From an uncultured Clostridia bacterium (GTDB taxonomy: Bacteria; Bacillota; Clostridia; Christensenellales; UBA1242), in contig CALWPL010000005.1 of assembly GCA_944383405.1 (NCBI GenBank), positions 7,482 to 71,481 of the forward strand: a stretch of 64,000 nucleotides of DNA, given 5' to 3'. How positions within the stretch are numbered: position 1 is the stretch's first letter; the number at the start of each line of letters is the position of its first letter. A program made the translations under genes and the position numbers. The notes below the pieces were generated by a model. That model did no database searches and was not told the origin of the DNA. It saw nothing but the letters and a program-made list of their open reading frames with translations. Positions 51,179-61,748 of this stretch are shown piece by piece.

Positions 51179-52378
51179 ATGAATATATTTAAAAAACTTT
51201 ATTGTAGAATTTATCAGGGGATATTTAGATTAATTCTACCTATTTTACCATATAGAGAGCCAAAAATTCTTAAAAGTAATAATGATATTTCGACCTTACT
51301 TAAAGAAAAGAAAATAGATAATGTTATGCTTGTTACAGATAAAACTTTGAAGTCAATAGGTCTTACAAAAAGTTTAGAAGAGAATTTAACTCTTTCTAAT
51401 ATCAAAGTGGTAGTTTTTAGTGATGTAGTTGCAAATCCTACAACTCAGAATGTAGAAGATGGGTTAAAATTATATAAAAAGCAATTATGTAATGGGCTTA
51501 TTGCTTTTGGTGGTGGCTCTAGCATGGATTGTGCAAAAGCAATAGGGGCAAGAATTGTCAAGCCAAAAAAGTCGTTAAGTAAAATGAAAGGACTTCTTAA
51601 AATTTGCAAAAAGTTACCTTTACTTATTGCTATTCCAACGACTGCTGGTACTGGCAGCGAAACTACTCTTGCGGCAGTTATTACTGATAGTGTAACAAGA
51701 CATAAATATGCTATTAATGATTTTTCATTAATACCACATTTTGCTATGCTTGATGCAACTTTAACAATTAATCTTCCTAAATTTGTTACTGCGACAACAG
51801 GAATGGATGCTTTAACACACGCTATTGAATCTTACATTGGGAGAAGCACTACGAAAGATACAAGGAAAAACGCACTTGAAGCAACAAAATTAATATTTGA
51901 AAATTTGTATGAAGCATATTTGCATGGAGAAAACTTAAAGGCTAGGCAAAATATGTTACTTGCATCATACAAAGCGGGGCTTGCTTTTACAAAATCTTAT
52001 GTGGGGTATGTGCATGCTATTGCTCATTCACTTGGTGGGAAGTATAATGTTGCCCACGGGCTAGCAAATGCAGTTATTTTACCGATAATGTTAAAAAAAT
52101 ATAATAAAGCAGTTTATAAAAAACTATATAAAATGGCATTATATGTAGGGCTTATTGATGAAAAAGTGGGAGTTGAAGAAGGCGCCCTTTTATTTATAGA
52201 AAAAATCGAAGAATTAAACAAAAAAATGAATATAGGAAATACTATAAAAGAATTAAAAAAAGAGGATATTGAGAACTTGGCTAGAACGGCAGAAAAAGAG
52301 GGAAACCCATTATATCCTGTGCCGGTATTATATACAGCAAAGGAGTTAGAAGATGTTTATTATAAATTGTTAGTATAA
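51179..52378 (+). CDS. Iron-containing alcohol dehydrogenase
   Basis: AFGGGSSMDCAK, IPTTAGTGSE, GMDALTHAIE, VHAIAHSLGG, HGLANA; start 51158 or 51179. Confidence 0.93.
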   Translation: MNIFKKLYCRIYQGIFRLILPILPYREPKILKSNNDISTLLKEKKIDNVMLVTDKTLKSIGLTKSLEENLTLSNIKVVVFSDVVANPTTQNVEDGLKLYKKQLCNGLIAFGGGSSMDCAKAIGARIVKPKKSLSKMKGLLKICKKLPLLIAIPTTAGTGSETTLAAVITDSVTRHKYAINDFSLIPHFAMLDATLTINLPKFVTATTGMDALTHAIESYIGRSTTKDTRKNALEATKLIFENLYEAYLHGENLKARQNMLLASYKAGLAFTKSYVGYVHAIAHSLGGKYNVAHGLANAVILPIMLKKYNKAVYKKLYKMALYVGLIDEKVGVEEGALLFIEKIEELNKKMNIGNTIKELKKEDIENLARTAEKEGNPLYPVPVLYTAKELEDVYYKLLV

Positions 52379-52681
52379 AATTTTAAACTATTATTAATAA
52401 TAACTTAGATTAATATTAAAAATATAAATGTTTTAGAGTTATAAAAATTAAATTTAAGGAGGATAAATAAAGGTCTTCCTTTTATTTTGTTAGGAACAAT
52501 TCAATTTGACAAAGCAATACAAGGAAAATAAAAAAAAATAGCGTTTTAGATAAAATAAGAATTGCTTTATTTAAACTATAAAATAATTATATTAAAAAGT
52601 TTAAAAAATCTTTAATTTGTTAAAAGAAATTGACAGTAAACACAAACTGGATTAAACTAAAATAAACAAAGGAGAAGTACT

Positions 52682-53686
52682 ATGGATTGGCAAGGTGTTT
52701 GGAATGATATTGTTAATTTTTTTAGTAATAATATTTGGAATATAGTAATATTTTTTGCGACCTTATTTTTAGGAATTATAATTATAAAAATAATAATTAA
52801 TATTACAAAAAGAATTTTAAGAAGGACTAAAATTGAAAAAATAGCACAGCAATTTTTAATTGGTATAATTAAAGTTGCTTTATATTTAGTACTTGTTTTA
52901 TTGCTATTAAGTCAAATAGGAGTTCAGATTACTGGGATTTTAACAACTGTTAGTGCACTTGTTCTTGCTGTTGGAGTGGCCCTTGAAGGTAACATAGCAA
53001 ATCTTGCAAATGGCATTGTGATTATATCAACTCATATGTTTAAAAAAGGCGATTATATTATGGTAGATGGAGTTGAAGGAAGTATTACAAATATTAATTT
53101 TTTATTTACAACTCTTATAACTTCTGATAACAAAAAAATAACACTTCCTAATTCAACTATTGTAAATAACAATGTTACAAATCTTGGAGCAAATCCTAGA
53201 AGAAGGGTTGACTTTATCTTTTCTTGTGCTTATGAGAGTGATGTTGAAAAGGTAAAATCCATTATTATAGATGTAATGAAAAGTGATGGTAGAGTATACC
53301 TTGATCCAGAACCTTTTTGTAGGTTAAAGGTATTAAATGTAAGTAGTCTTGATTTTAGTGCTAATTGCTGGTGCGATAGTGATGATTATTGGGATGTTTA
53401 TTATTATGTAGTGGAAAATGTCTATAATGAATTTAAACGAAACAATATTTCAATTCCATATAATCAACTAGAAATTAGGGAAAGAAAAGATGAAGTCATA
53501 ATGCCTGTTATAGGAACAAAGTTGCCTGAAAGAGTTGAAAAAGTAAGAATTAAAGAGCATGAAAAATTTGACCTTGAGGATGCTGATTTTACAAAAATTT
53601 TTAAACATAAAAAAAATGATAAGGAACAAGATAAAAAGAATATACTTTCAAGGAAAAAGAAACGCAAAAAAGAACAAGAAGTTTAG
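52682..53686 (+). CDS. mscS: Small-conductance mechanosensitive channel (MscS family)
   Basis: Three N-terminal TMs, FKKGDYIMVDGVEGSI, ITLPNS, ISIPYNQ; TTGACA-17-TAAACT promoter at 52630. Confidence 0.9.
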   Translation: MDWQGVWNDIVNFFSNNIWNIVIFFATLFLGIIIIKIIINITKRILRRTKIEKIAQQFLIGIIKVALYLVLVLLLLSQIGVQITGILTTVSALVLAVGVALEGNIANLANGIVIISTHMFKKGDYIMVDGVEGSITNINFLFTTLITSDNKKITLPNSTIVNNNVTNLGANPRRRVDFIFSCAYESDVEKVKSIIIDVMKSDGRVYLDPEPFCRLKVLNVSSLDFSANCWCDSDDYWDVYYYVVENVYNEFKRNNISIPYNQLEIRERKDEVIMPVIGTKLPERVEKVRIKEHEKFDLEDADFTKIFKHKKNDKEQDKKNILSRKKKRKKEQEV

Positions 53687-53796
53687 TTCTTAAAAATTTT
53701 AAAGCCTACAAGTAAAAAATTTTAACAAAAAGTGGGTGATAAGAATAAATTAAAGATAGTTTGTTTCTGTTTTTCAATAATTTTTAAAAGGAGAAA

Positions 53797-54447
53797 ATGA
53801 TGAAGAACTTTTTGCAAAAGAAATCAATTATGACTACTTTAATTGTTTTATCTGTTTTGTTGCTTGCTTTTTATATTTTTATGTTAGTGCGTCCAATAAG
53901 TTATGGAATGAATTATATTTATGTTCCGTCTGCACAGGAAATCGAAGAAAGTGGTGAAAGTGGAAATGTTATTGTCAAAGTTTTAAATGATAAAGAAGTA
54001 TTATTTTCAACTAAAACGGCAGATAGTAAAGCCGAAACGGAAATTTCCATTACTTTTACTTTGTGGTATATAAGAAATGGTAATAAAATTTATACAAACA
54101 CTACTGATTTTAACAAAACTTCTCTTGATTCAGAAGAAGCGTTTAATAATTTTGTAAATGAATTAAAACAAGATGAGACTACTTGGGAAAGTATTTGGGA
54201 TAGTAATACGACAAGTGGGTATTTAATTGAATTGAATGCGTTTAAGGCAAAACTAACAATTAGTGGAGAATCCCATGATATGAATAACAACGGAATTATT
54301 TGGTTTGTAGTATTAGTTGGAATTATTGAAATTGCATTAATAACTTTTACTATTTTATCAATAATTTGGTGTTATAAATCAAAAAAAGGAAATGATAATA
54401 AAAGCGAAGAAAATATATTAAATAAAGGCGAAAATGAAGTGATGTAA
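53797..54447 (+). CDS. Hypothetical membrane protein (two TMs flanking an extracellular domain)
   Basis: 216 aa, AGGAG SD, N- and C-terminal hydrophobic segments. Confidence 0.7.
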   Translation: MMKNFLQKKSIMTTLIVLSVLLLAFYIFMLVRPISYGMNYIYVPSAQEIEESGESGNVIVKVLNDKEVLFSTKTADSKAETEISITFTLWYIRNGNKIYTNTTDFNKTSLDSEEAFNNFVNELKQDETTWESIWDSNTTSGYLIELNAFKAKLTISGESHDMNNNGIIWFVVLVGIIEIALITFTILSIIWCYKSKKGNDNKSEENILNKGENEVM

Positions 54448-54508
54448 GAAAAAAAGGAACAAACTATCAAATATAAGCAATATACAAAAACCATCGTATG
54501 CTTTAAAG

Positions 54509-54543
54509 AAAAACAACATTCAAGTAAATGAATGTTGTTTTTT
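54509..54543. terminator. Intrinsic terminator, bidirectional
   Basis: AAAAACAACATTCA-AGTAAA-TGAATGTTGTTTTTT. Confidence 0.85.
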
Positions 54544-54666
54544 AATAATTATTAAATAAATCTATTAAAAAATATTAAGTTATATGTAGTTTATTTTTTA
54601 TATAATTTTGTGTTAATTACAAATAAAAAATTTAATTCAAAAGTAAAAATTTATAATAATTCAAAT

Positions 54667-55152
54667 TTAAATTTCAATATCTATTTTTCTATGTTTTTTA
54701 AATTGGGTATAGGTTACGCCACATAAGTCAAACATTTTTTTAGAAGCAATAACAGCGTCGGTACTTGCGTACTTATCACATAAGTAAATTATATGCTTTA
54801 TACCCGATTGAATAATTAATTTAGAACATTCGTTGCAAGGGAATAGGTCAACATAAATGGTTGCGCCTTGTAAGTCTTTTCTATTTCCTCTATAATTTAG
54901 TATTGCATTCATTTCAGCGTGGCATACAAAAAAGTATTTTGTATTAAGGTTGTCTCCTTCTCTTTGCCATGGGAAATCCTTATCGTTAAATCCGTTTGGA
55001 GCACCATTATAGCCTATGCTTAAAATTCTTTTATCTTCACTAACGATACATGCCCCTACTTGTGTTGAAGGGTCTTTACTTCTATAAGACGAAAGTTTAG
55101 CGATTGCCATGAAATATTCGTCCCAATTTAAATGGTCAGTTCTTTCATTCAT
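54667..55152 (-). CDS. dCMP deaminase (ComEB family)
   Basis: RSKDPSTQVGAC, GYNG, HAEMNAI, PCNEC zinc motifs. Confidence 0.93.
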   Translation of the reverse strand: MNERTDHLNWDEYFMAIAKLSSYRSKDPSTQVGACIVSEDKRILSIGYNGAPNGFNDKDFPWQREGDNLNTKYFFVCHAEMNAILNYRGNRKDLQGATIYVDLFPCNECSKLIIQSGIKHIIYLCDKYASTDAVIASKKMFDLCGVTYTQFKKHRKIDIEI

Positions 55153-55158
55153 ATTTTT

Positions 55159-55187
55159 TTTATAATATATAAATAATATTTTGTCAA
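55159..55187 (-). promoter_or_regulatory. Promoter giving a leaderless dCMP deaminase mRNA
   Basis: TTGACA-17 bp-TATAAA, 6 nt before the ATG, no SD. Confidence 0.6.
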
Positions 55188-55251
55188 TTAATTAAAATAT
55201 ATTTGATAATATGGGTAAAAAGTGGTACGCTTTTATTCATAGGAGATAGAG

Positions 55252-55953
55252 ATGAAAGAGAAGAAAGTTGCTTTTTACGGAAACTTAATATTTGGGGTTT
55301 TAATTGTTATGGCCACCATTTTATATATGCTAGATATTATGAACCCTTACTTTATTAAAAGTTTAGATAGTATTTTATTTGTTTTATGCGGTGTTTTTAA
55401 TCTTATACTTTTATATAAATACAGAAAAATAAACCATGCATGGAAATCTTTTTTCATGTTATTAGGTCTTATTTTTGCTTGTATAGGGGATATAGTTTTA
55501 ATAGGGAACTTTGTTCTAGGTGCAATTTTTTTTGCTATTGGACACATTTGGTTTTTGGTGTATTTTTATGTTTTACAGAAGTTTAATTATAAGGATGTTT
55601 TGATCGGCGGAATAATATTTTTGATTTCGTTACTTTTGATACTATTTTTACCTGTTTTTGATTTTGGTAATTTTTTAGCAATAGTCATTATTTATGCTCT
55701 TATTATTTCAATGATGCTTGGGAAAGCGTTTAGCAATTATTTATGTAAGATGACCATCCCAAATTTAGTAGTATTTATTGGGGCACTTTTGTTTTTCTTT
55801 TCAGATTTAATGCTTGTTTTTGACAATTTTTCAACTCTTTCTGGTATTTTTGGATATTTATGTTTATCTACTTATTATCCAGCGGAATTTCTACTTGCAA
55901 TATCTATTTTTATTCAAATCTATTCATTAAATAAGGAAGAAGAAACTAAATAA
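55252..55953 (+). CDS. YhhN/lysoplasmalogenase family membrane protein
   Basis: FACIGDIVL, FFAIGHI, GALLFFFSDLML, TYY motifs; about 8 TMs. Confidence 0.85.
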   Translation: MKEKKVAFYGNLIFGVLIVMATILYMLDIMNPYFIKSLDSILFVLCGVFNLILLYKYRKINHAWKSFFMLLGLIFACIGDIVLIGNFVLGAIFFAIGHIWFLVYFYVLQKFNYKDVLIGGIIFLISLLLILFLPVFDFGNFLAIVIIYALIISMMLGKAFSNYLCKMTIPNLVVFIGALLFFFSDLMLVFDNFSTLSGIFGYLCLSTYYPAEFLLAISIFIQIYSLNKEEETK

Positions 55954-56166
55954 TAACATAAAATTTTTAGTTTTTCATTAGTATTTATTAGTTTAATTTT
56001 TTAGTAATATTTTTTATAGAAATATTAGAAATTTGTTTGTAAGTTTTCAACCTAATTTAATTTGTCATAATTAAGTTATAGTGGGTTTTAATTTTAGATG
56101 GCAATATTTTAAAATAGGCATATTTAAGTTAAATAATTTTGTGAAAATTTCATTTTAATAATGATT

Positions 56167-57492
56167 TTATTTTTCTGTTTTTATATTTGCCTTCAAATAT
56201 GCTATGATTGCATTCTTATCATTTCTTATCTTATTATTTATGACTGACTCTAATGCAAAATTTAGAGCAGTTTTAATCTGTTGTCCCCTATATCCTAGAG
56301 CCATCATATCATGTCCGTTGACAGCCAGTTGTTTTAAAGAAAAACACTCTTTTTGTGCGACTATTTTATCTATTTTTTTACGAATATTCTTTAATTTAAT
56401 CTGTCTATCCCAAAGTGTTGGATTTTGGCCATAGTTGTCTCCAAGTTGGACTTCGATTAGTTTTTTAAATAGATCTTCGCCTAATCTATTTAGCCAACGC
56501 TTTATAGATTTAGTATCTTCTGACAAAACTGCATCATGGTATTCAATTAGTCTTAATACTTGATTTTTTGTGTTATTATCGTATTTCAATCTATTAAAAA
56601 TGCTGCGTGTTATTTTTACACTCTCAGCCGCATGTTGATAAAAATGTCTATTATTATTTTCATCTAGTGAAAATACCTCTGGTTTGCCAATATCATGAAA
56701 TAGTAGCGTTAGTCTTACTACTAGATTGTATTTTGACTTTGCTAGGCTTATTATAGAGTGTTTATATACATCATAGATATGATATTTGCTATGTTGTTCA
56801 AAACCTACAATTTTCAAAATTTCAGGGATACATACGGCTATGATATCATAATATTTGAGTAATACATTTTTGGCATTTTTGCCAAGTAAAATTTGATTTA
56901 ATTCTTTTTGTATCCGTTCTGAAGAGATGTCTTTTAATAGTTCTTTATTGTTTTGCATTGCAATTTCGGTTTGTTTTTCTATTTTAAAGTTTAGTTGACT
57001 GGCAAACCTAAGAGCACGCATAATACGCAAGGCATCTTCTTTAAATCTTATATCGGGCTCGCCAACTGCTCGAATAAGTTTATTTTTTAGGTCATCTATT
57101 CCGCCAAAAAGGTCTATCAATTTTTCGTCGTACGCCATTGCGTTGATAGTGAAATCTCGTCTTAAAAGATCTTCTTCAAGATTTTGTACAAAGGACACTT
57201 GATTTGGCCTGCGGTGGTCTAGGTATTTTCCATCCGCTCTAAAGGTGGTAATTTCTATAGGCAAATTTTCATACAAGATAGTTATAGTGCCATGCTGAAT
57301 GCCTGTATCAATAGTCTTAAAATTAGTAAATACCTGTTTAATCTCATCTGGATAGGCACTGGTGGTAATGTCAATGTCATGAGAATCTTGTCCTAGCAAA
57401 CAATCACGCACTGACCCGCCGACTAAATAGGCTTCATAGCCTGCATGCTTTAATATATCTATTACTGACTTTGCTCTAGAATTTATTTTCAT
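56167..57492 (-). CDS. cca: CCA tRNA nucleotidyltransferase with HD domain
   Basis: LVGGSVRD, DIDITT, EITTFR, DLLRRDFTINAMA, EDALRIMRALRF, LFHDIGK. Confidence 0.93.
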   Translation of the reverse strand: MKINSRAKSVIDILKHAGYEAYLVGGSVRDCLLGQDSHDIDITTSAYPDEIKQVFTNFKTIDTGIQHGTITILYENLPIEITTFRADGKYLDHRRPNQVSFVQNLEEDLLRRDFTINAMAYDEKLIDLFGGIDDLKNKLIRAVGEPDIRFKEDALRIMRALRFASQLNFKIEKQTEIAMQNNKELLKDISSERIQKELNQILLGKNAKNVLLKYYDIIAVCIPEILKIVGFEQHSKYHIYDVYKHSIISLAKSKYNLVVRLTLLFHDIGKPEVFSLDENNNRHFYQHAAESVKITRSIFNRLKYDNNTKNQVLRLIEYHDAVLSEDTKSIKRWLNRLGEDLFKKLIEVQLGDNYGQNPTLWDRQIKLKNIRKKIDKIVAQKECFSLKQLAVNGHDMMALGYRGQQIKTALNFALESVINNKIRNDKNAIIAYLKANIKTEK

Positions 57493-57639
57493 AAATATAT
57501 TTTAGCACAAACAAAAAATAATTTATATAAAATAAATAAGATTTTATTATATTTTTGATTTATATTAAATCATATATATAGGCATTTTTTGTAAACAAAA
57601 TTTAAAATTTTGAATATTATACTCAAAGTTAGGTGTGAT

Positions 57640-58578
57640 ATGCAAAATTATATTGATAAAATGTTTTTTGATTTAATCAGTGAGTTTAAAGAAAAAAGTT
57701 ATGAACAAATTTATCAAAATATGGTTGATAAATTTAATAATATTTCAAATGAAACTAAATTATCAATTACAGAATTTTTGAATAAATTTGGTTATTGGGG
57801 CAGGATTGATTTAGAAAAACAAAACTATGAAATGTTTAGGCTTAAGGCAAGAGTTTTTAAAAATCATTTTAAAGATTTTGTATGGCTTTATAATAAATTA
57901 GAAGATAAATTTTCTAAGTATGTTTTATTTGCCGTGATTAACAATTATTATAACTTTGATTTTTTACATTTATTTAATGCTCAAAATAGAGTTTTTAAAC
58001 AGTATTTTGATTTAGATGTTTTGCCAGATTGTAAAAACAAAGTTTTTGTTGATGTCGGCTCTTATACTGGAGATAGTGTTTTTGATTATATTTTTTCATT
58101 TGGCAATTATAAAAAAATATATTGTTATGAAATAACAAAAAGCATTATTAATATTTCAAAGAGTAGACTCATTGACTATCAAGATATAATTTTTAGGCAT
58201 AAAGCAGTAGGGGATAAATACAAAAAAGTATTTGTTCAAGAAAGCACTGAGGACTTTTCAGCAAATAGGATTGGAAGAAGTGGCAAGGAAAGTGTAGATT
58301 GTGTAACTCTTGATTTAGACATTAAAGAAAAAGTTGATATTATAAAAATGGACATTGAAGGCGAAGAAAAGAAGGCTTTACTTGGTGCAAAAAAGCATAT
58401 TAGGGAAGATATACCTATATTATTAATTGCGGTTTATCATGGAAATACAGATTTATATAAAATACCAAGATTAATAAGCAAATTAAATAAAAATTATAAG
58501 TTCTATTTAAGGTATTCAGGTGGAAATATTTTTGCAACTGAGATAGATTTACTTTGCGTGCCAAAGAGTATTGTATAA
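57640..58578 (+). CDS. FkbM family SAM-dependent methyltransferase
   Basis: FVDVGSYTGD, IIKMDIEGEE, LLIAVYH motifs; start ATG 57640 after AGGTG. Confidence 0.88.
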   Translation: MQNYIDKMFFDLISEFKEKSYEQIYQNMVDKFNNISNETKLSITEFLNKFGYWGRIDLEKQNYEMFRLKARVFKNHFKDFVWLYNKLEDKFSKYVLFAVINNYYNFDFLHLFNAQNRVFKQYFDLDVLPDCKNKVFVDVGSYTGDSVFDYIFSFGNYKKIYCYEITKSIINISKSRLIDYQDIIFRHKAVGDKYKKVFVQESTEDFSANRIGRSGKESVDCVTLDLDIKEKVDIIKMDIEGEEKKALLGAKKHIREDIPILLIAVYHGNTDLYKIPRLISKLNKNYKFYLRYSGGNIFATEIDLLCVPKSIV

Positions 58579-58593
58579 TTATTGATAAGGGAA

Positions 58594-58628
58594 GAAAAAA
58601 ATATACTCAACATATATTGAGTATATTT
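58594..58628 (-). terminator. Intrinsic terminator
   Basis: AAATATACTCAA-CATATA-TTGAGTATATTT with an A-run on the left (U-tract on minus strand). Confidence 0.65.
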
Positions 58629-58816
58629 ATAATCAACAAAATTTTAGATAAAAATATTTTTATATTCATTTTAAATTTTTTAACCATACAATAAAGTTTT
58701 ATTTGTTTAAATTTTAGTAAATTAGGTTTATTTTATTTTTTAAGTTTTAGTCCATCTTTAAAAGCATCTCCTACTTTATATCTAATTACAAACTAATTTG
58801 AAAATAAAGCGAGAGT

Positions 58817-59704
58817 TTAAGGAACTAAAATGCGTACTCCTTTTTTTATTACCTCGAAAATGAAACTGCCGTTTGAGATTTTTTCTCCGTCAAGATTTAT
58901 TATGGTGTTATCTAATGTCGTTAGGGAAAAATTACTAGTCCTAAAAACTTGTATTTGATTTGTTGAATTTTTTGGTATGCCACTTAAAAATACTTTTGCT
59001 AAACTAAATATAGAAGAAAGCGGGATTGTATTTTTTTTAGATTTAATTAAAACAACATCTACTAAACCATCATTTAATTGGGCTTTTTTATTTATTATAA
59101 AACCCCCAATACTTCTTGAATTTACGACTAAAAGCATGGCATATTTACCAGATACGACACTTCCGTTAAAGGTAATGGAAAGGGGGAAAGCAGGGGTTGA
59201 AAATATCTTTTTTATTCCATGAAAGAAATATGCAAGTTTTCCTAGTCTTTTTTTTGATGCTTGACTTGTTGCATAACTTGTTTCAGTAAATAAACCAGCA
59301 CAACAAACATACATACCATATTTATCATTTACTTTAAAGATGTCGTGCTCGTAAATTTTTCCGTTTAGAATTATATTTAATGCTTTTCTAATATTTGTAG
59401 GAATTCTTAGAGAATGAGCAATGTCGTTTACAGTACCAGATGGAATGTAACCAAGAACTGGTTTATTTTTAATCTTATAAAGAGCATTTATAACTTCGTT
59501 TAATGTACCATCTCCACCAGCGATGACAATTAGGCCAGCATTTTCTCCTTTATCTAAAATGAGTTTTGTTATATTTCCTTTATACATAGATTGGCAAACT
59601 TCAACTTGATATTTTGTTGATAAAGTATCATTTATCAACTTCTCGTTTTTTTTGATTCTTCCTTTTCCGCTAATAGGGTTATAAATAAATAGACACTTTT
59701 TCAT
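58817..59704 (-). CDS. Diacylglycerol kinase family lipid kinase (YegS/BmrU type)
   Basis: YNPISGKG, AGGDGTLNEV, IPSGTVND, LDGE motifs. Confidence 0.9.
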   Translation of the reverse strand: MKKCLFIYNPISGKGRIKKNEKLINDTLSTKYQVEVCQSMYKGNITKLILDKGENAGLIVIAGGDGTLNEVINALYKIKNKPVLGYIPSGTVNDIAHSLRIPTNIRKALNIILNGKIYEHDIFKVNDKYGMYVCCAGLFTETSYATSQASKKRLGKLAYFFHGIKKIFSTPAFPLSITFNGSVVSGKYAMLLVVNSRSIGGFIINKKAQLNDGLVDVVLIKSKKNTIPLSSIFSLAKVFLSGIPKNSTNQIQVFRTSNFSLTTLDNTIINLDGEKISNGSFIFEVIKKGVRILVP

Positions 59705-59755
59705 TTTATTTATTATATAAGGTTTTTAAAAAAGTTAAAACTAAAATTTGTTTAT

Positions 59756-60073
59756 TTATTTTAATCTTTTCATTAATTCAATTATCATTTGTCTGTTTTC
59801 AAGGGATAAATTATTAAAAAGTTCAAGAACATTTTTATCTTCTTTATTATAACTATCTCCTAAATAGAAAAAGTCTTGTGGTGTAATATCAACAATTTCA
59901 CAAAAATCAAGGAGTGTTTTTACTTTTAATTCAACACTCTTATTTTCTATTCTTTTTATGAATTGTTCACTATATCCAAGCCTTAAACTAGTTTCTCTAG
60001 CGGATAAGTTTGCTTTATTTCTAAAAAACCCAATTCTATTTATTATGTCATTATAAGTTATTTTATTATTCAT
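59756..60073 (-). CDS. XRE-family helix-turn-helix regulator
   Basis: RNKANLSARETSLRLGYSEQFIKRIE HTH pattern. Confidence 0.85.
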   Translation of the reverse strand: MNNKITYNDIINRIGFFRNKANLSARETSLRLGYSEQFIKRIENKSVELKVKTLLDFCEIVDITPQDFFYLGDSYNKEDKNVLELFNNLSLENRQMIIELMKRLK

Positions 60074-60184
60074 TGTAAACCCCTAGTAATTATGTACATA
60101 TAGTTTACAAAATATTTAAAATAATTACCGTGCATACAATGACCTATTTTTACATATCTTATTTAACTATTTGACACTATATGA

Positions 60185-60213
60185 TTGACATACGAACTCT
60201 TAATACATATAAT
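60185..60213 (+). promoter_or_regulatory. Perfect consensus sigmaA promoter
   Basis: TTGACA-TACGAACTCTTAATACA (17 bp)-TATAAT, then AGGAG SD. Confidence 0.85.
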
Positions 60214-60236
60214 GATTGATGTTTAGGAGTTGATTT

Positions 60237-60704
60237 ATGTGCGAGATATACATACCTAAAAAGTCTTGTTTTATTTATGGATATATTTGTTTGACTATAA
60301 ATGATAAGGTTGTTGAAAAAGCAAGGGATGTAATAAATTATTTAATATATAATGGGGTAACTACTTTTCGGTTTTGCAGGTATACTGCCTTTGAAAAATG
60401 TTGTATTGATATTTTGTACGAACTAAAAAAGACAAATGAAAATATTATAACTTGTTTTCACATTCTTGAACCAAAAGACTTTTCAAATTGTATGTATAGA
60501 AACAAAAAAATTGATACGGTGTATTATGTAAGGGGAGTCAAATTTGATTTTTTTGATAAAATTGAGGTTTTATATAAGGTAACAATAGAATATAGTGATT
60601 ATTTTATGTTTTTTATTCCTGATTTAAATATAGATGAAATAAGAGATCTGATAGACTATGCAATGATTAAGAATAAAAGGGTTATAAGAATTTCAGATAA
60701 ATAA
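60237..60704 (+). CDS. Hypothetical protein, degenerate SLOG/YpsA(DUF1273)-like
   Basis: LIYNGVTTF...ILYELKK...IEYSDYFMFF...IDYAMIKNKRVIRI resembles the YpsA-like SLOG layout; family call tentative. Confidence 0.55.
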   Translation: MCEIYIPKKSCFIYGYICLTINDKVVEKARDVINYLIYNGVTTFRFCRYTAFEKCCIDILYELKKTNENIITCFHILEPKDFSNCMYRNKKIDTVYYVRGVKFDFFDKIEVLYKVTIEYSDYFMFFIPDLNIDEIRDLIDYAMIKNKRVIRISDK

Positions 60705-60727
60705 AATTATCAATTTAATGAGTTTAT

Positions 60728-60760
60728 AAAAATAAGACTCCGAAAGATTTCAGAGTCTAA
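60728..60760 (-). terminator. Probable intrinsic terminator
   Basis: AGACTC(C)GAAA / TTTC(A)GAGTCT hairpin with A-run on the left. Confidence 0.45.
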
Positions 60761-60921
60761 AAGTTGGTGTTTATAGTATAAAGGAATAGAATGTTTTACA
60801 TTTAAGAATGATTTAGAAAATATAGTTTTTATTTTTTTATAATCAAAATTGAATGAAAACAAGCATAGAAAATAAAAATGACATTATTTAAAAGAATAAA
60901 ATACTATTTCAAATAGATTAA

Positions 60922-61317
60922 TTAAATAATTAAATAGTAATGCAGTAGATCAAATATGCTAAGAACAAACAAAAATAAACTTATAAAGAACAAAATAATA
61001 GTCAATGCTAAAATTTTTTTATTTTTTTCAAAGTAGGCTACTAAACAGTAAAAAATAAAATTTGAAATAGTAAGCAAGAGAGAAACTATGAAGTATGTAA
61101 TGATATTAAAGTTAATAATTAAAAAAATAGTTCTATAAATTAGTAAAGCAAGTAATAGTGTTATTGCAAGAGCAAAGAAGATAATGCCCACTTTTAGTTC
61201 TATTTTTTTTGTTGGAACTAAGTTTTTATAATCGACTAAATCGGTTACATAACAACCGCAGTTTAAACAAATATGTGTTTTTTCATCAACTTTATTTCCG
61301 CATTGTGTACAAAACAT
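60922..61317 (-). CDS. Zinc-ribbon membrane protein
   Basis: MFCTQCG...ICLNCG followed by three TM segments. Confidence 0.8.
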   Translation of the reverse strand: MFCTQCGNKVDEKTHICLNCGCYVTDLVDYKNLVPTKKIELKVGIIFFALAITLLLALLIYRTIFLIINFNIITYFIVSLLLTISNFIFYCLVAYFEKNKKILALTIILFFISLFLFVLSIFDLLHYYLII

Positions 61318-61326
61318 TTATTCTCC

Positions 61327-61713
61327 TTAAAAATCTTTATCTGAAATACAAAGCATTAATATTCCAGCAATTATATTGCAAAATACAAGAGTTAAAATTG
61401 AAATGATAAAAATTTCTTGTCTTGACTTTGCTTTATTTAGTTTTTTAAAGGCAAAGTATCCTATAATTATAGGAATACAGAGTGCAATAATTGCAAGAAT
61501 TAGTAAAAAATAGCCCATACATAAAAAGACTATACTTGTTAATATTCCTATTGACGCGGCTACTATTGATAAAATTATAAATATTTTAGATGCTGTTATT
61601 AATTCTGTATTATTTTTAGCATTTATTTTATTGTAGTTGTCAGTAGGGTAGCCACAACTTGGGCATATAACTGCTTCATTTAAAATTTCTTTTCCACAAT
61701 TTTTACAATACAT
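61327..61713 (-). CDS. Zinc-ribbon membrane protein
   Basis: MYCKNCG...ICPSCG followed by three TM segments; AGGAG SD. Confidence 0.8.
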   Translation of the reverse strand: MYCKNCGKEILNEAVICPSCGYPTDNYNKINAKNNTELITASKIFIILSIVAASIGILTSIVFLCMGYFLLILAIIALCIPIIIGYFAFKKLNKAKSRQEIFIISILTLVFCNIIAGILMLCISDKDF

Positions 61714-61748
61714 TATTTTCTCCTAATCAAAGGTATAAAAGTATTATA

